From: Ginkgo biloba
Lineage: Eukaryota > Plantae > Ginkgophyta
Direction: 5' to 3'
Assembly: GCA_024626585.2 (NCBI GenBank)
Contig: JANKJI020000002.1
Coordinates: 13,828,837-13,845,907, forward strand
Length of the DNA: 17,071 nt
Both the position numbers and the translations under genes were made by a program. The notes beneath the pieces are model-generated. The model ran no database searches. It was not told where the DNA came from and saw only the letters and a program-made list of their open reading frames with translations. Below, one piece after another: positions 1 to 9,558 of this stretch (position 1 is the first letter of the stretch; each line of letters begins with the position of its first letter).

Positions 1-650
1 TTTTTTTGTATGTTTGTACTAAGAGCCTTTAACTCTGAAGAATTGATCTATCAGTAGGGGCCAAATTGTTATTTTTATAAGAAAAGCAACCTTCCAATTT
101 CATGCTTTGAGCATTGCTGGAGTATGTTACTCAAAAGGATTTTTTATCATCAATGAAACTTGCTCTTACTTCCATGCATTCTTTGAGCACTTCGAGAGAG
201 TGTTTGAAGGAAGGTCCATTATATGTTATTATGTTAAATCAATTGGGCACTACTAGAAATGTAGTAATATAATGATATATCTAGTTGTTCTTAGAGATTG
301 ACACAACAAATCTTCCTTGGTTGTTGCTTAGACCAGAATGGCCAAGAATAAATCATAGCACGAACAATGATGTGCGAGGGCACTAATTTTGTGATTGCAT
401 TCCCAGTAAGTGACACAACCTGTATTGTGTAGGCTCTACGATCCAAGTGATACTGATACNNNNNNNNNNNNNNNNNNNNNNNNNNNNNNNNNNNNNNNNN
501 NNAATTGTAAATATAATGAATGGTAAGAGTAGTGGAGAATTAAAATGACAAGTATGTGTTTTTTTTATTTAACTCTACCATGGCAAGTTGTAGGCTTTGT
601 TAGAATTTGGATATAGAGAAGATGGCAAAAATCAAAGATGACGAGAATGC

Positions 651-1158
651 AGAGATGGCATAATGTACAATGTGGATGGTGAAAATAAAAATGTAGAATT
701 CTTGAATGCTATGCAGACTACGAAGGATGGAAGCAAAAAAAAAAAGCTCATTTGCAAGTTTGATAAAATATGTTTTTAAGATTTTCTGAAGATTTTCACA
801 NNNNNNNNNNNNNNNNNNNNNNNNNNNNNNNNNNNNNNNNNNNNNNNNNNNNNNNNNNNNNNGTCTAAATGCTTAAGTATTGGTAAAAACAAAAAATGCA
901 TTATTGGTAAAAAGAAATGGCATTATGTATAATGCAAATAGTGAAAACAAAAATGTAGAATTGTTGAATGGTATGTTGACAATGAAGGATGGAAGCAAAT
1001 GATGAGGACGAATGCTCACGTGCAAGTTAGATATAAATATGATTTTTAGATTTTCTTATGATTTTCACAACAAAAGACAATGCCTTAATACCACTTGGAG
1101 CAACCCTTAATAGTTGGTTTTCTAAACGCTTAAAAATAATGGTAAGAATCAAATAATG
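651..1158. repeat. Diverged tandem direct duplication, ~260-bp unit (copies ~651-898 and ~913-1158)
   Basis: Collinear blocks: agagatggcataatgtacaatg...gtgaaaataaaaatgtagaatt...gaaggatggaagcaaa...gattttcaca (651-800) match agaaatggcattatgtataatg...gtgaaaacaaaaatgtagaatt...gaaggatggaagcaaa...gattttcaca (913-1069). After the gap, tctaaatgcttaag..tggtaaaaac (864-) matches tctaaacgcttaaa..tggtaagaat (1121-). Many substitutions, so not a simple assembly duplicate. Confidence 0.85.
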
Positions 1159-1962
1159 AGTTGATTGAAATGGGAATTTAATGAGTTACAACACCAGTCC
1201 TTTTGGTTTATATAAGTTTATTGTAACAAGCCTAATTACTCATTTCTAGAGCGAATTCTTATTATTTCCTCTAATTAATTCTTACTTCATAATTTAACTG
1301 AGTAAAGAATGGTCAACTTGGTTAACTTAAAAATTAATTATAAATAATGTTAACTGAAAGGTTCAACCCTTAAGATCTTCCCACCCATGCCTATTAATCT
1401 CATTATAAAGCATGAGGGGTAGAGGGGGTCACTGCAGTGAAGTTTGTGAAGAAGAACATGAGGAAGTTGGCAAGAGATCTTCTCTTTGATTGAGGAGTAT
1501 ACCAGTTGTTGGATGCCCCTCATCTTTTGGCTAAAGTAGGCACATTAGTTAGGAGAAAATTGAAGTGCTACTCATCTCGTTGGTTAAGGTTAGACTTGTG
1601 CAACTAGAAAAGGCCATTAGTTGAGTGAGGTTAGCATCATTATGTACCTTTTGGTCAGGTAACAACACCAATTACTTGCTAATTTCCCGCTTGTCAATGA
1701 AGATGTAATACATATTAGTATTCTTTTCTATTTATAATGTCTTGTGATGTCTCANNNNNNNNNNNNNNCCTATGCTCCTATTAAGGTGGTGATGTGTATT
1801 ATTGTATTTCTGCATTGTGTATATTAACAATAAATCCCTTGAAAAAAAATGTTTTTGATTGTTATATTTATATCAAGGAATATTTTAGTTAGGGACCTTG
1901 TGACTATGTACTTTTATTTTTAAACTGAATACCAACAGTGCTTTCATACCTTTGTAATAATA

Positions 1963-2190
1963 TGTTATGGAGCCAATTAGTATATTGGTAACTATTTAAT
2001 GAATAGTCATCTTGGAATAATATAAATATTAAACTAATATATGCCATCGTCATTTATTTATCATTCAATTCTTTATATATGTGTATTTGGTCTTCGAACT
2101 TGTATACTTGTAGATTTTCCATCTTGAATTAGGCGATTTCTAGAGACAACCCATCTTGAATCAAGTTACAAACCTCTTTGGTTTGTAAGA
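1963..2190 (+). repeat. 5' LTR of element 1
   Basis: Starts TGTTATGGAGCCAAT and ends aacctctttggtttgtaaga. Aligns by eye with 3755-4005; the last ~92 bp show ~21 mismatches (~77% identity). Confidence 0.85.
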
Positions 2191-2192
2191 AG

Positions 2193-2205
2193 TGTTATCA
2201 TATCC
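2193..2205 (+). promoter_or_regulatory. Degenerate primer binding site (initiator tRNA-Met)
   Basis: tgttatcatatcc vs canonical tggtatcagagcc (10/13), 2 nt after the LTR end. Confidence 0.75.
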
Positions 2206-2843
2206 ATTCCTTGCCTGGCACTTTGAATTGCATTTCTGTTCATATTCTGTCTTCATTTTCATCATATCTAATTCTTCCATCTTCGCCATTTTGACTGCTT
2301 ACACATCAGCCTAATCAACCTTTTTAAGGAAATCGTTTTGTCACCATCGCTGTTGCATGAATTTCGAAGGCAGAAGATGCAAGCAACTATAAATCGTTGC
2401 CGTAGGGAACAAATCAATATCGCACAACGATTTCAAGCAAACGCAAGAATCTCTTAAAAAATATGTTTTTTCTAAAGTTGGAAATATAGAAAAAGTTTTT
2501 TCTAAATATGAGAATCTCTTAAAGTTTCTAATCTCTAAAAAATTTGAAGAAGCATATTAAAAAAGAATATTCTAATTTTCATTAAAGGGACAAGTCTAAG
2601 GTTAAATGTTTTTTTATAAAGGTTCTTTACTTAAGGATAAGAGGATATAAGAAATTCCAATTAGTGTAGAATTAAGTCAAAGTCGACAACAAATGGGATC
2701 AAGAGTTGATCAAATAATCAAGGATATATTGTAGATACGTGTCNNNNNNNNNNNNNNNNNNNNNNNNNNNNNNNNNNNNNNNNNNNNNNNNNNNNNNNNN
2801 NNNNNNNNNNNNNNNNNNNNNNNNNNNNNNNNNNNNNNNNNNN

Positions 2844-3500
2844 AATGGTATATGAGTACAACTACAAATGGGAATCACGATGACTCATGTATATAATATT
2901 CCAAAAATAGAATTGGTTAGTTTCATATATTGGCAGATTAAAAGAAGACATTCGAAACAAGATTAAGATGCACAATATTTCCAATATTCAACAAGCCATG
3001 CAGAAAGCATGCCAACTGAAATTAAGATATTTTAATAGAATAAGAGACCATATACCTATTCTTCAATTGAGATGCACACAAAGATAGTTAACGATCAAAT
3101 AGAGAATACGTCATGTCTCAAATTAATAGATAAGGAGATTCAAAGGCATAAGGCCAAAAGCACATGTTATAAATGCAATAATAAATACCAAAATGGGCAT
3201 CAATGTCAGGACCATAAATTATACCTTTGTAAGTTGGACAATAAGGATCAGGTACAAGAAGGAAACACAATTGACAACGATAATGACAATGGTGATGACA
3301 ATGAATTATCAACTAAGGGTAGTCAAGATAAAAAGACTTTTCCAACAATATCCTTAGTTATAACAACTAGCTTAACCCAACAAAGGGCATTAAGAATTCA
3401 AGGATACATTAGGAAAGCCAACGTGTTTGTCATTATTGATAGTAGTAGTACCCATAATTTTATTGATAAACATTTAGCTCAACAATTAAACCAACCATAG
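2844..3500 (+). pseudogene. Gypsy gag C-terminal region, zinc knuckle and aspartic protease N-terminus (degenerate)
   Basis: YIGRLKEDIRNKIKMH...AMQKACQL (gag). KAKSTCYKCNNKYQNGHQC (CX2CX6HXC-type knuckle like RAKGLCFxCDEKYxPGHxC). ISL...LRIQGYIRKANVFVIIDSSSTHNFID (protease DSGST motif, here DSSST). Frameshifts and stops present. Confidence 0.9.
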
Positions 3501-3529
3501 CTGAAGCGTCTAAGTGAATTAACAACAAG

Positions 3530-3750
3530 AGAAGCCCCTATAGATTATAGGTCATATTGTCATCCATATTACACAAAAATCAGATAAAACAATTTCCTAG
3601 CAAATCCTTACCTTGTCAAGTGACTATAAGAGGAAGATGGATCTTCTCAATTGTGTTTTAGCTATTTGATGCATCTATGAAAAAAGAATCTCATTGGGTA
3701 TAAGACCTACCTTATCAATGCTTTGAGGGAAAATCATTTTAAGAAGGGGG
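3530..3750 (+). pseudogene. Fused remnants: RT N-terminus joined to integrase/chromodomain C-terminus
   Basis: PIDYRSYCHPY..HKNQIKQ resembles PVNVRPYRYP..QKxEIE. EDGSSQLCF at 3633-3659 resembles KDGSWRLCV. It is followed almost at once by DAS and FEGKSF*EGG, resembling DATWE...LEDKxxFxGGG. Confidence 0.65.
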
Positions 3751-3752
3751 GA
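3741..3752 (+). promoter_or_regulatory. Polypurine tract of element 1
   Basis: aagaagggggga, 2 nt before the 3' LTR start. Confidence 0.8.
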
Positions 3753-3754
3753 CT

Positions 3755-4005
3755 TCTTATGGACCCAATAATCTATTGTTAACTATTTACTAAGTAGTCA
3801 TGATCTTCGGGAATAGTCACGTAGAAATAATATGTAATTAATATTGAATTTATATGTAACAACATGATCTATCTATCGATCAATTCTGTATATTTGTATA
3901 TCTAGTATTTGGATTTGTATACTTGGAGATTCAACATTTCGAGTTAGGCCATTTTTGGAGACAACCCACCTTGAATTGGGCTATGAACCTCTTTGGTTCT
4001 TAACA
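3755..4005 (+). repeat. 3' LTR of element 1
   Basis: Starts tcttatggacccaat (TG mutated to TC) and ends aacctctttggttcttaaCA; homologous to 1963-2190. Confidence 0.85.
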
Positions 4006-4660
4006 AATGAAACTTTATAATTAGGTTCATTACATACAACCATGCTTCTAGCAACCTTTTGGCAAAACTACCTAGCAAATTGCACAAGAATTGCAAGCAT
4101 ATATAGTGGTCATCCAAAAATTTCATGAGTCACAAGAACAATGCGAGTATTATTGGTAAAGAAGGGTAGTGTGTAATAGAACAACTNNNNNNNNNNNNNN
4201 NNNNNNNNNNNNNNNNNNNNNNNNNNNNNNNNNNNNNNNNNNNNNNNNNNNNNNNNNNNNNNNNNNNNNNNNNNNNNNNNNNNNNNAGTTCTTCAGTAAA
4301 ACAACACTAAACACAAAACTCTAAGAGAAGTCCTAGGCAACAACAACACTAATAACAACCTTTCAAGAACATATAAGGGCTCAAGGAAAGCAATACCAAA
4401 ATCAAATGGAAGATCAAGTCAAAAAACACGACAAGCATATAGATCAACAAACACAAATCATATAGTCTACCTCCCTTGGTACAAAAGGATCAAGTCATTC
4501 TTGAGAACACAACACCCACCCAACAAACTAGCCCTTCCATTTTTGCCGACTCAAAATTAAAGATTCAAATTCATATGAAGGACAACACAATGAAAAGACT
4601 ACTGATGATTGGATATGTCAAATCGAATAGTATTTTTCCATTAAAAAAATGGAGGAACAT

Positions 4661-5468
4661 TTAAAAGACCTTATTGACAAACAATATATTAGGCCAAGCA
4701 ACAACTTATTCAGTGCACTAGTAACAATGGTTAAAAAGGAAAGATGGTTTAGTGCAACTATGCATCAATTATTGCATGCAACAAGATGACAATTAAAAAA
4801 ATGCTACATGCTACCATGTAGTGATGATTTATTAAATCAACTTGAAGGTGTTAATATCTTATCAAAAATCAGATCGAGTTGGTAACACCAAATTTGCATA
4901 AAGAAAGGAGATGAGTACAAGACCACCTTAAAAACCAATTATGGACTTTACAACTACCTAGTGATGCTCTTTGGGCTAATAGATTATCTTTCCACATTTG
5001 TGTCTCTTATGACTAGTTTATTTTGACTGTATCTCATTTAGTTCATGATCATTTTTCGTGACGACATATCATTTTTTTCAATAGTAGAGGAAAATGAGCA
5101 ACATCTTGAGCCAGTGTTTCATATACTCCAAGTCAATAATATTTGCATCCAGCCAAACAAATTAGACTTCTTCAAGACCAAGCTCTCCTACCTAGGACAT
5201 ATCATTTCCATTTAAAATATTTGTCATTGAACCAAAATAATTGAAGCAATACTAAAATGGACGAAGCCCTAAATGTTTATGACATTTGTGCCTTTTTGGA
5301 ACTCGCCAATTTCTATTGACAATTTGTTACAATTTTTCTAAAATTGCCACACCAATCCACAATCTACTAACAAAAGAAACCCCTTTTCAATGGGGATCAA
5401 AAGGCAAAATGAAGGTCCCAAAATTTGAAAAACAAACATTGACCACTACCCCTGTTCTTATACTTCTT
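4661..5468 (+). pseudogene. Gypsy reverse transcriptase and connection region (frameshifted, internal stops)
   Basis: LKDLIDKQYIRPS; KDGLVQLCINY; LPCSDDLLNQLEG; HQICIKKGDEYKTTLKTNYGLYNYLVMLFGL; FRDDI at 5054-5068 (degenerate catalytic Y/FxDD); LSYLGHIIS; NFSKIATPIHNLLTKETPFQWG; LTTTPVL. Confidence 0.95.
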
Positions 5469-5569
5469 ANNNNNNNNNNNNNNNNNNNNNNNNNNNNNNN
5501 NNNNNNNNNNNNNNNNNNNNNNNNNNNNNNNNNNNNNNNNNNNNNNNNNNNNNNNNNNNNNNNNNNNNN

Positions 5570-6230
5570 TGACTTGCAATACTATTCGTGAAACATATGT
5601 TTTATCACCGTGGTCCACATCACTTAATCATTCACTAGTGAGGTTTGGAGTAGCATATTTAGATCTCTAGGAACCCAACTCAAATTTGGTTTGCCTATCG
5701 CCCGTAATTCGAGGGCTAAACTAAATGCATTAATTGAGTTTGAAAGATACGTTATGGAATTGCATCCATAATAAATTCAGATTTGATTAGGAATGCTCAC
5801 AGTTTCTCTAAGTTGCTTACAACAATTCTTACCACACATCCTTCTAGTTGAAACCCTTTCAAGCCACCTATGTTCGCACTCCCNNNNNNNNNNNNNNNNN
5901 NNNNNNNNNNNNNNNNNNNNNNNNNNNNNNNNNNNNNNNNNNNNNNCTTACTATGTACTAATTTTTGAAACTTGAATAAGGAATCACTCAAATACAAGTA
6001 TGCTATAATCACCAAGCTAACAAGCATCGAAGACTCAGAGACTTCAACTATAGTGATCAAGTATTATCATAGGCTTCCCATTGTTACAAAGCCACTAACT
6101 CACTTCACTCTAAATTCTAACCTCATTTTTATGGGCCATTCCAAATCATTTAGAAATGTTCTTCGAGTAGCTATACACTCAAATTGCCACCCACACGAGG
6201 AAGGATCAACCCCACCTTACACATCATGGT
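5570..6230 (+). pseudogene. Gypsy integrase core and GPY/F region (degenerate, spans a gap)
   Basis: LAILFVKHMF; FTSEVWSSIFRSLGTQLKFG; AYRP*FEG*T (like AYHPQxDGQT); AYNNSYHTS..KPFQATY; ANKHRRLRDFNYSDQV; PHFYGPFQII (GPF at 6133-6141); YTLKLPP..RINPTLHI. Confidence 0.9.
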
Positions 6231-6270
6231 TGAATGTTACAATGCTTTACCTGCATTGGGGTAGGATACA

Positions 6271-6283
6271 TTGTGGAGATGCG
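6271..6283 (+). promoter_or_regulatory. Possible tRNA-Ala-type primer binding site
   Basis: ttgtggagatgcg directly after ...ggataCA; 12/13 match to TGGTGGAGATGCG, the complement of the plant tRNA-Ala 3' end. No full LTR visible upstream. Confidence 0.35.
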
Positions 6284-7059
6284 AATTAATTTTTGAAGAG
6301 ATTGACAACATTGAAATGATGCAAACTCAATGAAAACTTATTATATTAGAGTTGTTTTCAAGAAACAACAGAAGCAATTGAGATTGCAATTGACATTGTG
6401 TGTAGTGAGGGTAATAATGTATGAATAGAGGGAATTAAATGCCCAATGGAGCACTGCAAAGGAGTGAGACTTACTCAGTGATTAACCCAAAATTAATTGA
6501 TTAAATTTTTTGTTGGTTGATAGATGATGAGGCAAACAAATGAACATTGGAGGTCACAGTTATATAAGTTTAATGGTGAACAATAGTTAGAAGGATATGG
6601 ATGGTTGTTAATGTGTCTTTACAGACTATGCTTTAATGTGGCTCTTAAATGACAACTCTTGCCTTCACTCCCATTGAATCCTCTATTTAGAACACCCTTG
6701 TGAATGGCATCATGTTGCTCGTTCAACTTGGAGGAAGTTGTTTGGTTTTGTGACCTTCATATTTCTCATTAACAAACTAATCCCTTAGGGAATAATGGAT
6801 AGACCATAACAAATCTTGCTAGTGTCCTAAGAACAACATTTGGATGGTGAAGACGATCGTAATCTAGCTCAAAAAATCATGATTGTTTCCCTAAATTTCT
6901 AGATTTGTGATAGTGTCTTATGGCCTTTCTCTTCCCTCTAGCTCAAGTCTAATTTGAGTGGTGCTCATAGCATGGAAGAACTAGTCATCTAGTCAGGGGC
7001 AAAATATGCACAGAGTAATATATGATTAGTCTTTCTTTCCTTTTTTGGGGAAATGGCTA

Positions 7060-7398
7060 GATCTAATACCACTTGATAGGAAACTATTTGGGTTCATAGC
7101 TTAACTATACTAAGTACATGACTAGTTTGAGATAACTAGTCTCAAAAAATACATAAGGGATTTGAAAGGGTTCCGAAGGTACAATAATATATTCATAATA
7201 TGAATTGATGAATACAATGGTGTACGCCAAGCATATTTATACTTATGGTTGCACCCTTTCACAAAGTGTCATATTTTCCCATCAATATTTATTATTATTA
7301 TTAACCTTATTATATTCACTAGTATATTATTCAGCTCATAACACAATCTTTGCGCATTGATGATCCTTCCCCCACCGCCTACCCCATGGATGCTTACA
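7060..7398 (-). mobile_element. Minus-strand 5' LTR (~7074-7398) with tRNA-Met PBS (7060-7071); partner LTR not found
   Basis: The minus strand reads ...gtttcctatCA-ag-TGGTATTAGATC (10/12 to tggtatcagagc). The far boundary is tentatively placed where the minus strand starts TGTAAG (7398). Confidence 0.55.
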
Positions 7399-7882
7399 AG
7401 AAATAAGTAGGCTCCTTTATATCATGATAGTGCCCCTTCATTCTTAGATAACATCATAATCTTATACACAACTATCCAATGGTCCCACTAATTCTATTGT
7501 CCTAATCACACTTAGACATCATATATCTTAAATGAACATGTTTAAACATCCACTTATGAAACTTAACTGCACCACTTATTACTTTGTATATTGGGGATCA
7601 AGATTGAACCATTCCCTACTTCAACTATTATATTTGCAACCTTCTTTGCATTGGGCATCATTCTTGTCCTCTCTAAGCAANNNNNNNNNNNNNNNNNNNN
7701 NNNNNNNNNNNNNNNNNNNNNNNNNNNNNNNNNNNNNNNNNNNNNNNNNNNNNNNNNNNNNNNNNNNNNTGCATCTCTTTTCTCTAATTATATTGTTTCC
7801 CATTCCTTTCTATTTGTTTAAGTTTTTATTTGCATTGTTTTTTCATGTAAAATGCAACTGAGTCTTTTTGCTCATGTTGCAG

Positions 7883-7980
7883 AGTGTGAGCAACTTAAAA
7901 TGTGGTCTTTGATGCGTCACGAAATAAAACATGAGGAATGTTTATTGATGAGAGATATTGACTCAAGGAAATGAAAATTG
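7883..7980 (+). other. Possible upstream exon (5' UTR plus ATG at 7971) of a host gene
   Basis: Strong acceptor tttttgctcatgttgcAG at 7881-7882; weak donor TG|GTTAAA at 7981. ATG AAA ATT G would splice in frame to 8182. Several upstream ATGs weaken the model. Confidence 0.25.
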
Positions 7981-8181
7981 GTTAAAAGGAGAGAGACACT
8001 TTTCTCAATTATAGTTTTTTTTTTACATATTTTTTTTAATTCCTATTAGGAAGACAAATAAGTGGGTTACTAGTTAGGCAACCAAAATTCCATAGACTAT
8101 AATTCATTTTTCGACTCTAATATTGCATGGGGGCATCTTTTCTATTAGAAACTTATTTCCAATCTTTGATATTTTTGGCAG

Positions 8182-8337
8182 ATGCCAGTTCAGAGGTTTT
8201 GACAAGATCCTCAATTCTAGAAGAAGAAAGCAATAATGTTGGAGGAATGTGCAATAGCAAAGTTGAAAGTGAAGCAGTTTCAACTGAAAAGATTATTGTC
8301 GCGAAGAAATCATCTATTGAGTTGAGCTCAGGAGGAG
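8182..8337 (+). CDS. Candidate exon of an unidentified host protein (Ser/Glu-rich, probably disordered)
   Basis: Acceptor atatttttggcAG (8180-8181), donor AG|GTTTGT (8338), 156 bp, phase 1-1 symmetric, open frame (D)ASSEVLTRSSILEEESNNVGGMCNSKVESEAVSTEKIIVAKKSSIELSSGG. GAA-rich with T-rich flanks and no retroelement motifs. Confidence 0.5.
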
Positions 8338-9558
8338 GTTTGTCACAATGCTCACAAGTCTTGCATGATACAAAGTTATCTTTAGCATTCAAATATGAAT
8401 TTTATTTGGAGATACATTGATTCATTTTCATATGCATGTATCACTTCATTGTAATATTTGATATGTGGATATGAGGCCTCATCTTTGATCATACATATTC
8501 CTTGATGTCTGTAAATCTAAAGAAGACTTATGTTGACCTTTGAAATGGCCATCAAGCATTATAAAACATTGTTTTAATTTTAACTATTGGTGTAATTGCT
8601 TAGATTTATGTAGCTCATCTTACACCTCATGTAAAAGATTATGGGGGAAAATTATTCCAAAAGCATCCTATGGGGTCTGCATAAAGAGCAATGATGTTTT
8701 AGTGGTTTAGTGTAGAATCTAATTATGCTTCTTACTGAGTATTTGCAAGTGTATGGTTCTACTAGTAGTCAAAAGAGTGTATATATTGTGAAGATTGGGT
8801 AGCCTACTCCTCTTCATGTTACAATCCAAATCTATGTTTGTGTGTGCACGAAGCTTCTATGCTAATCAATAAATAGGCCTTCTAGCACAAGAAAGTGATA
8901 GGAAGAGTCCATTCAACATCAATGCACAAAGACAAAGTAATAACAACTTTGCTACATGCTCATTTCATCTATGTATAACAGCCCTAAGTCGCCTTCCTCC
9001 CCCCCCCCCCACCTTCCAAAACAAACAAAAGGCTCATACACATTTTATTCTTCCATTTGCTGGCCCATTTCTCTAACCTCTTTGCAAAGTTATTTGACAA
9101 TGGCTACTAAGTAGATAATGAGATTTTTTTACTCCCCTTTGGGGGCTTCTATGTATTTAAAATAATATCCACTCTTCCTTCCAACCCTACTATATCGAGA
9201 TTTGTAATTCAAAACCTAGTGCTCCATAAAAATAAGCATTAGATTTCTTTGTGCTTGTTAGTGCTCCAGAAGCTTAAGAAAACACATTCAAGGATTCTTT
9301 AATTTGCTTCATTTGAATGCTCTATTTAGGATTATGGTATCACTAGCAAAAATATTCATGATTAATAGTTCTAAATTCCCATGTATCTACTCCGGTGGGC
9401 TTTGCTATCCTCTCTGCCACAAGTCTATCTTCTCCTAGTGACTTCTTCTCACTTGGTGTGACACTCTCGTGAACAAGTTTGCAAATTTTACTTCCCGGTG
9501 GCCCGCGTGACGACTCCTCATGCCCTCGCGTTTTCTCCACTTGTGCATTTGACAAGTC

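Larger units (their letters stand above)
1963..4005 (+). mobile_element. Internally deleted, non-autonomous Ty3/gypsy (chromovirus, Reina-like) LTR retrotransposon
   Basis: Paired short LTRs, tRNA-Met-type PBS, gag and aspartic protease remnants, short RT and chromodomain-end fragments, and a PPT, all in canonical order. No clear TSD (taata vs aatga). Confidence 0.85.
4406..6230 (+). mobile_element. Second degenerate Ty3/gypsy (chromovirus-type) internal region; LTRs not identified
   Basis: gag fragment, RT, connection region, integrase core and GPF motif in gypsy order (RT before INT). Confidence 0.9.

Noticed and set aside
1-460. Minus-strand gag remnant
   Set aside because: Hand translation gave no motif I could recognise with confidence.
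3072-3500. 142-aa ORF as an intact gene
   Set aside because: It is a stop-free slice of a decayed gag-protease. The protease is truncated and the catalytic motif is altered (DSSST).
5972-6289. 105-aa ORF as a novel protein
   Set aside because: Alternative frame over the integrase GPF region.
8153-8392. Minus-strand 79-aa ORF with CxxCxxC
   Set aside because: Antisense shadow of the plus-strand candidate exon; splice signals and strand composition favour the plus strand.
8999-9010. C12 run as a minus-strand PPT or G-quadruplex
   Set aside because: No LTR copy adjacent; a simple homopolymer.
9335-9347. tggtatcactagc as a plus-strand PBS
   Set aside because: Only 8 matching bases, and not preceded by an LTR-terminal CA.
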